Assembly: GCA_012295275.1 (NCBI GenBank)
Contig: CM022679.1
Span: forward strand, 14,012,001 to 14,076,000
DNA from: Chrysomallon squamiferum
Lineage: Eukaryota > Animalia > Mollusca
Direction of reading: 5' to 3'
DNA: 64,000 bases
Made by a program: the position numbers and the translations under genes. The notes under the pieces are model-generated. The model did no database searches. It was not told the DNA's origin and was given only the letters and a program-made list of their open reading frames with translations. Each line of letters opens with the position of its first letter. Within the stretch, counting starts at the first letter, position 1. Positions 55,862 through 64,000 of the stretch are shown here, in pieces.

Positions 55862-57015
55862 TCCAGATGAGAGTCTGTGTCAATTAGATACTTAGTTGTT
55901 TTTTTTCTAACAGGGATTTATTTGAAGAGGGTTTCAGATTAGTTATCTAAATGAAAGAGTAAATGGATATACAAGACAGATAAATTAAAAATATGTAAAT
56001 AAGATAAAGGTGAATTGAAAAAAAAAAAAAAGATATGTATGTGTATGTATGTAAAATGAAATAAATGAGTAAATATAAAATAAGTACGATAAATAGAAAT
56101 TGTAAATAATGAAATATAAAATAAATAAGTAAATACTTTGAAAATACTTTAAAAATTAAAATATAAAATAATTAAAAAAATGTTTTAACTGAAAAGCTGA
56201 ACTAAATGCTATATTCTCTTTGGCATTTAGATTGCTTTTGCTTTAATTATTATTTTTTTTAATTTTCGCTTTTTTTCTGTCATTTTTTTTACTTTCTATT
56301 ATTGTTGTTTTGTATTTATTTAAAGTTTAAAATTTTGTTTATGTATATAACTGTATTAGATTTTAATATTTTCTGAATTTTTGTAATTTCATTGTTTTCA
56401 AAAGTGGTTCATTTTTATTTCATACAATATTAATATAGTAAAAATTAAAAAATATATTAAAAATACTTTTTAAAAATGTTTAACTATTAAAATTAAACAA
56501 AGATAATAATAACAATAAAAAAAAAAAAAAAAAAACATTTATAAATACCCACAGAAAAAGAAAGACAGAAAAAAAAATCAAACATAAAAAGACCTGTCCT
56601 AATTTTTAAGTACTTCACCTACACGTTTTTGTAAATATTTATAGATAAACCCAGCAATATATATTTGATATTGTATGGGCGGCCATAAATAACAGTGAGT
56701 ATATTGTGTGTTGGTTTACCTGTTGATCCAAATCACCTGTGCCTCAACTCTCCTGTTGTTTGAGTGCATTCACCAACGTAGAAGATCACCCCTGCGTTTA
56801 CGAGACACATATAAACTCACTACTGAAACTTTATCTCTCTCTGTCGCTGAAGAGGATCAGACGTATCAGCGCACGCCGTTGTCAAGCACAAAACGTCTGC
56901 AGTGACGTGTTTTGTCATACGTCTTTGTAAAATGTCACAAATAATATAAAAACTGTGTGCGTAATAGGGCTACAGTAGTCGGGGAGTGAATGATAGGAAA
57001 GAGGTAGTTAATATA

Positions 57016-57051
<36 letters not shown>

Positions 57052-58049
57052 TATAAATATATAAATGTGTGTGTGTTTGTATCTAGAATTTATACAAACA
57101 TACATGCATAATTATTTATGTATAGACATGTATACATACATACATACATACCAATATAATACAAACAAAAGTACATGCATAAATAAACATATACAAACAT
57201 TGATTCACACATTACATACATACATACATAGGTACATATATATACATTCATACATTCATATTTACATATGTATGCATTTGCTTTCTTAAACATTCAAAAT
57301 GTTTATACTTATGTAAAAATTTGAAAGGATAATTAAAATATAATTATTAAAACAAATTATAAAATAAAATAATATAAATATGGATTTTGTAGCTAAATTC
57401 AAAAGATCATGTGCAAATGTGCCAGACACACACACACACATACACAAACACACACACACACACGTGAGTATTTGATATTTAACTGTATTCCACTAAAATT
57501 AAATTTGTGTGACATATGCCTATGAGCAGTAACTGAATGACACACATCAGTTGTTATAAATCACTAAATGTTTATGATGATATTATGACAATGAAGATGA
57601 CAATAATCATTAAAATGACAATGACATTATATGTAATAGTTGATCATTATTTCAGTCTATAATGTAGAAAAGTGAAAAATAGTTTTGAGTCATCTTTGAC
57701 AAAACTGTAAAATAAAAATTTTAATACTGTTTTATCACTGTTACTGGCCTCATATTATTATGACTGTTACTAATCATATTTTAAACACTGCATAATTTGA
57801 ATAATGGATTATAAAATTGTTATTTCATGTGTAATTTTCAAACAGTTGAGATATATCATTTCAGTAATTCATCATTATCATTATTTTTGTAGCAAGGTGT
57901 TTAACACATAGCTGTTCATCAAAAGATTATGAAAAACATTTTATCTGTGATTTTTCTAATGGTTGAGACAATAGTTAACATCATCATTTTCTTTATTATC
58001 ATCATCATCATTGTTATCATAAATATTGTCATCATTATCATTGACATTA

Positions 58050-58560
58050 TTATTAGTTTTTAAAAACAATGTATTTTCAAAAACATTTAAACAAAAACAT
58101 CATCCTTGATATCTTTACCATCATCATCATTATCATCATCATTATCACCATCATCATTGTAATCATCTTTATCATCACTATTAGCTATGTTTTAAACACA
58201 GGGTATTTTGAACAAAGGATTACAAAAACATTGTTATTAATCATTAAAACAACATCCTTGATATCATTACTGTAAATATCATTATCATTATCATCATCAT
58301 CATCATCATGAACACTAATCATTTTTATCATTACTATTAGCAATGTTCTAAATACAGTGTATTTCAAACAAAGGATTACAAAAACATTGTTATTAATCAT
58401 TAAAACATCATCCTTGATATCATTACCATATTCATCAATTATCATTATCATCATCATCATCATCATCATCACCATCATCACTGTAATCATTTATCATTAA
58501 TTAAACACAGTGTACTTCCAACAAAGGATTACAAAAACATTATTTTGTAATTTTTCTAAT
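58050..58560. repeat. ~155-bp tandem units with embedded (ATC)n
   Basis: aacaaaggattacaaaaacatt recurs at ~58211, ~58367 and ~58520. Confidence 0.85.
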
Positions 58561-59085
58561 CACTGTAACCATAATGCAGACAGACAAAGCTTCAGCTCAT
58601 TTTGCTTTTTAATTTTTTTTTTATGTGCGACTAAAATGAACTCTTCATTGTCGTCTCCTGTCAATCTCCATTAATCCGGTTGCGACTGGCTCATTACACT
58701 GAAAGATATCGACCTGCTAAACTGCGTTACAAACTAAATGTGTCCCAATCCATATTTAGAGAGAGGAAATCACACAGCGAGATGTGTGTATCAATTACAC
58801 AGCTGTCTGTCCATGTGTGTGTGTGTGTGTATGTGTGTGTGTCTGTTTTGTGTCGCATGGAAACAACATACACCACAAAGTTAAAAAAAAAAAATAATAA
58901 AAATAAAAAAGGCTCAAGTTATACTCATGTTAAAAGTCAATACAGTCTGTGTTTGTGTGTTTGTACAATTCTTTCCCATTGCCATTTCGATCTGCGACAA
59001 ATTGTAAAATGTTGTGTAAATATTTTGTTATTTGTTGAGTGAAAAATCTTCGACAAAATTTTGTTTTTATCTTTTTTTATTATTA

Positions 59086-59137
<52 letters not shown>

Positions 59138-59196
59138 TTTTTTTTTTTTTTTTTTTTTTTTTGTAATTTAAAAAATTTCATTGTGTCATTTATTGG

Positions 59197-59795
59197 TTAA
59201 CAAAGAAAATGTTAAGGAAGGCCAAACTGAATATGAATTTTCAAATATGTTAATGGTTTTTCATGATTTTACTTTCTGTTTGTTTGTTTGTTTGTCTCTG
59301 CATTGCTTTTTGTTTATTTATTTTATAAAAATCGTTATATGATTTATTCATTAACAAAGAAAAGGATGAGAAAATCTAAATTGAATATGAACTTTCAAAC
59401 ATGGCTTTTCAATTGTATGTTTTCTGTTGTTATTGAATTTGTTTCATCATTTTTTCTTTTGGATCTGCATTACTATTTATTTATTTTTTAAACTTATTTT
59501 ATGATTTATTTGTTAACAAAGAAAATTATAAGGGAGTTCAAACTGAATAAGAACTGTGAAATATGTTAATGTTTTTTTGTTTATTTTTTTAATTTATTTT
59601 TTGTTTGGTTGTTTGTTTGTTTTTCCCATTATTTTATTTTTATTATTTTTTTCACATTCATTCTTCACCACTGTTTTTTAGTTTTTCAATTTGTTAAAAA
59701 AAAATTTCACTGAATAATTCTTTGTTCAGAAAAGAAAACGACAAGAAAGACCAAACTGAATATGAATTTTCAAACATAATACTGGTTTTTCATTT
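59197..59795. repeat. Four degenerate copies of aacaaagaaaa...caaactgaatatgaattttcaaa
   Basis: Copies near 59197, 59351, 59513 and 59730. Confidence 0.75.
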
Positions 59796-60212
59796 GTTTG
59801 TTTTCCTGTTGTTCTTTTGGGGTTTTTCGTTTTTCTTTTTTTTTTCTTTTTTCCAGTATTTTTCCATTTTGTTTCTTCACTTTTTGCCTGACATCACAGT
59901 AAAACAGATTTTTTTTGTGTGTGTGTGTGTGTTGTCTGTCTGTCTGTCTGTCTGCTATTGCTGCCATCTCTTGTACTTTGTTTGGGAAGATTGTCATATT
60001 GACATTTTGGTGAGGTGATTTAATGCTCCTTCCAGTGTGATGAAGAAATCAATGCTAATTTAATAACAATGGAATTTTAGCTGCACCAAATTAAGCTGGA
60101 TTTTTTCTGTTAGGGTTATTTGAGTTACCACTGGGGAGTACAGGGCAGAGAGTCTTCTGTGAGTTTGTGAGGCCAGTTTTATAGTCACAGCTTGTCTTGT
60201 AGTGAGTACTGG

Positions 60213-60760
60213 ACTAATAAAATGTGATTAAAATCAAATTTCACAAATAAAAATGTGATTAAAAAATTAAATTTTACAAATAAAACTTGTATCCAAAAGT
60301 ATCATAACTAATAAAATGTTGATTAAAATAAATTTCTCAAATAAAATGATTGATAGTAAAATGTGATTACAATTAAATTTTACAAAATAAACTTGCATTC
60401 AAAAGTATGAGAACTAATAAAATGTGATTAAAATTAAATTTCACATATAAAAGTTGTATTCAAAAGTATTATAACTAATAAAATGTGATTAAAATTATAT
60501 TTCATTAATAAAACGTATTCAAAAGTATCATAATTTGTAATAATTTAGGTATAAAAATGTGATTAAAATTAAAATTCAAAAGCAATATTGCTATTCAAAA
60601 GTATTATAATTTATTATAATTTAGATATATAAGAAATCAAATGTGATTAAAATTAAATTTTCAAGCAAAACATGTATATTCTAACATATAATTTATAAAA
60701 ATTCAAGTAAAAGAGAAAAAAAATGTGATATTTAAAATTTGTGAGAAAAACTGGTAAACA
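60213..60760. repeat. ~60-bp AT-rich minisatellite (ataaaatgtgattaaaattaaattt...attcaaaagtat)
   Basis: About 9 copies. Confidence 0.88.
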
Positions 60761-62929
60761 AAAGAATTATGATATGTAATAAGTTAAACATAAATAATGT
60801 GATAACATTATACAATCTTCAGTAAAACAGTTTATAAAATAATTTCAAATTTATAAGAAATAAAATACAAAATTTGTAAATAAAATTAAATATCACAAGA
60901 AAGACTGTTTATAGAAGAATATTATTGGTTATTTTCATCAAAGTGTGTTTTGGGTCTTTTTTTTTCTCTCTGTATGTATTACAGGGTATTGTTTAATATC
61001 TATTGTACTGTATTTTAAATGTAAAACAAATAAAATGTGAATTAACAGTATATAAAAAATATTTAATTGTTTATTGTAATGGAAAGTATGAGATTTTGTT
61101 TTTTTGTCTCTGTATGCAGGGCTGTTGAGTAACAATACTCATCTACATTTACAAGATTTAAAAAATTAAAAAAATAACCAGCAAAAATGGTATATAAGAA
61201 GATTATAATTGTTTATATTAGGCCTATTTTATTATTATTTTATCTTTTTTGTTGTTGTTGTTTTAGCATATTGTTAAATATTAAATCACTAATTATATAT
61301 TTAATATATAAAACAGATAAAAAGTGAAAAGAAAAAATTCTATACTCTAATATTGAAGAATATTTTTAATATTGTTTAATTGTTTTTTAATATTTCAGAT
61401 ATATGATAAAATGTGATTTCATTCATTTTACAGAAATATTATAAATGCTTAAAAAAATATTTTAAAAGTTCTTTATACAGAAAAAAAATATTGCAAATGC
61501 AAATTGTTATATATATATAAAATAGACCATTATTTAATATATAGGAAATCAGTGTACAAGAATATTACACACATCAACACTGATGTAAACATTTAGAAAT
61601 ACATTTGATATGTAAGCAATCAAAATATGTTATATTTTTGACAAATAACTTCTAAATAAAAAAAATTAATTAAAAAAAATCTTATTTGATTAATAACTTT
61701 ACAAAACAGAATAAAACAATAAAACAGATAAAATTATATTTCCATAAATATATTTAAAATAAATTTCTTCACTGCCCAAAAAATAGCATTGATAACAGGA
61801 GAAGTATGAAGTAAACATCTTTTTTTAATAATAATAAAATAAATAAAATTTGCATACTGCTGATATATATATATATATAAATAAATAAATAAAACATGCC
61901 ATAGGGAAAGAAAAAAGTTGAAGATTTTATACATTTTCTATTCCATATTCAGTTCACATTGTTTTCCTCCAATGAAAGGGAGTTTTTTAAATTGTTTGTT
62001 AAGTTCCAGGTTAAATATTATCATAAAAATTAATATCATGCTAAATAAATGATTTTAAAAACTGTCCTTGATTTTTAAATTTAAAATTTGAAATACAGGC
62101 AGGAAAAAAAAATAAATACAAGAATAATAAAAGGTAATAACGATAAATAAATAAATAAATAAATAAAAATAAATAAAAAATAATTAGCATTTTTAAAATT
62201 ATATTCATTTGAATGATCCAAATTATACATTTTTTCATAGCATCTAAATATATTTATTCTTTTATTTTTTTAATTTTATTTTACATATGCTTTTTTATTG
62301 TTCAGAAACAAATAATAAAAAAGAACACATAAATAAAATAAAATAAAATAAAATAAATAAATAAATAAAATAGATAATAAAAATTAATAAATGAAAAAAT
62401 AAAATAAATTATGCATAATTAATTTTTCCACAGGTACTTAACATTTAAATATCAGTGTGGCTGTAACTGTGTGAATGTTTATTTAATGACAGTGTTTATG
62501 TGTTTGGCTGGAACTGTCTGTGAAATGATGGTTCAGAAACCACTGGAAGTCTGTCTGTACCACTCCCTAAACACAGACTGATATTAATTCTCAGCAAAGA
62601 ATTGTTTTCCTTTTTTTTTATAAACAGAAAAGAATGTAAAGATAACACCATTCTGGAGCTCTTGTTGGAACAGGAAATGTTTCTTGATTAGGATGTATCT
62701 TGGGATCTATCTTGTATGTCTTGAGCTCTGAACTTTGATCCAAAGTTTCTTCCAGACGACCTAGTGTCTGAATTAATGGTGTATGCATGCCTGTTCTGGC
62801 ACATATTTTGATGGAATCAGCAATGTTATCAAATTATGTATTAAATCAGCTATTTGAAATGTTCTCGTATCAACTGAATTCTTATTCACGGGCACGAACA
62901 AAAGTCTGAATTGTCAAACATAATGTAAA

Positions 62930-63060
62930 TGTGTTAGATGGTTGGTTAGTTAGAGAGGATGATTGTGGTCTGACAGTTATCTCTGGAAAGGAGCTAATTG
63001 TGGTCTCGATCACAGAACCTACACATCTAAAGGCTGGAGGTTTAACCACTGTGTTATTAA
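62930..63060 (-). mobile_element. Relic of a second tRNA-derived SINE family
   Basis: tggttagttagagag...ctctgg..aggagc...gtctcgatcac (B-box-like)...tttaaccactg (reverse A-box-like). Confidence 0.35.
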
Positions 63061-64000
63061 TACAGGTCCACTAAATGCCAACAAGTGTCCTTTCATCTGT
63101 AATGTGATTCTCCCACTCAGTCGTGGAAATAATCAAACTGTCACCCAGATCATGGTAACATGATTTTGATTATTATTTGAAATGCTTTGTCCCTGGTCTT
63201 GCCTAATCACATTTTTGACATTCATCCTAACTGATACATGTTTCCAAAGCTTTAAAAATGAATAAGCTAAAATAGCATAGAAAGAGGGAAATTTAATTTG
63301 TTATATTCTAATCATTTTGAAAAAAAAAAAACCCAACTCTCTTCATATTCAGAAAAGAAGAAAAAGATTATTTTACAAATTAGCCAATTTCTTTTGAAGG
63401 AAGAATAAATGTGGTCACAGCTGAAAATCTTAAACTGACACCCACTGTAATTTTAAAAAGGTAATAATTTTCATTTGCCATCAGCATTTCTTGACATCCA
63501 GAATAACAATCTAGAGTCTGTTACAGAAGAAAGGCAATGAAGAAAGAAAACTGAAAAAAAAAAAAAGAAGAAAAAAAAGAAAAAGAAGTCATTTTGGGAC
63601 TGTAGGTCTGTGTGTAGGAGGTCTCATCAAACAGTTTTCTGCGAGACCCTATTAATAATACTAGTGGGTGATTTTCCTATTCCAGCTAAATGAGTGAATC
63701 TGCAATGAAATTAACACAACTCTGAAACAGGTTCAGCGTGTGTGGAGCTTGATCGCTTGATGCCCACTAATTATTAAGTTTCCACCGCGGGAATCGATGG
63801 GTTCCATTATCCATGATGGTTCCTGTGTAACCAGATCAATGTTTTCTAGCAACATATTAGTTATTTGCCGTCGCAACTGTTAGTGAAGAGACCGCCGCAG
63901 AAATTTCCATTATTTTAGCATGTTTCGCAAAACAAATTGGCAGCTAAAACTAAGTTGGCTTTCAGGGCAATCAATCAAGTTAAATCTCATTTCTTATGTG

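Larger units (their letters stand above)
48697..64000 (+). other. ZMIZ1: Following intron (>15 kb); next expected exon (VVSRVAAQQGFDLDLG-like) not seen in the window
   Basis: Begins GTAAGT; no matching downstream peptide found by eye. Confidence 0.7.

Noticed and set aside
10965-60750. Su(H)/CSL sites (TGTGAGAA near 10968, 15483 and 60740) suggesting Notch feedback
   Set aside because: Isolated and unpaired, at about chance frequency; one lies in a minisatellite.
12-63163. The ORFs of the supplied six-frame track
   Set aside because: Mostly translations of microsatellites, poly-A/T runs or minisatellites (poly-HT, CV, YI, F, K, I); none resembles a known protein.

Overview
AT-rich, microsatellite- and minisatellite-dense animal genomic DNA. 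It is eukaryotic; the SINE relics resemble molluscan, possibly gastropod, families, but that taxon guess is an inference. None of the ORF-track ORFs looks real. Reading between splice signals reveals two small + strand coding exons the track missed, 40517-40588 and 48583-48696. Spliced in phase 0 they give MTLMHNDMDRHITQTNDRLLCIKQ|[38 protein letters not shown], the N-terminal (Zmiz1_N/TPR-like) domain of a ZMIZ1 orthologue. The rest of the window appears to be long 5'-UTR and coding introns of this gene, with a candidate promoter/first exon near 5.2-5.9 kb, GC/CpG-richer enhancer-like islands, decayed tRNA-derived SINEs and many tandem arrays. The most unusual structure surrounds the first coding exon, which is bracketed by three repeat arrays. 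An 81-bp higher-order minisatellite lies upstream. A ~44-bp repeat places four regularly spaced ATG-TGA start-stop elements in the presumptive 5' UTR. A ~55-bp repeat downstream has copied the exon's own CAG|GTGAGT donor several times behind pyrimidine tracts. A CAGAC repeat cluster plus a 72-nt hairpin at 55.7-55.9 kb also merits checking. All functional interpretations are hypotheses.
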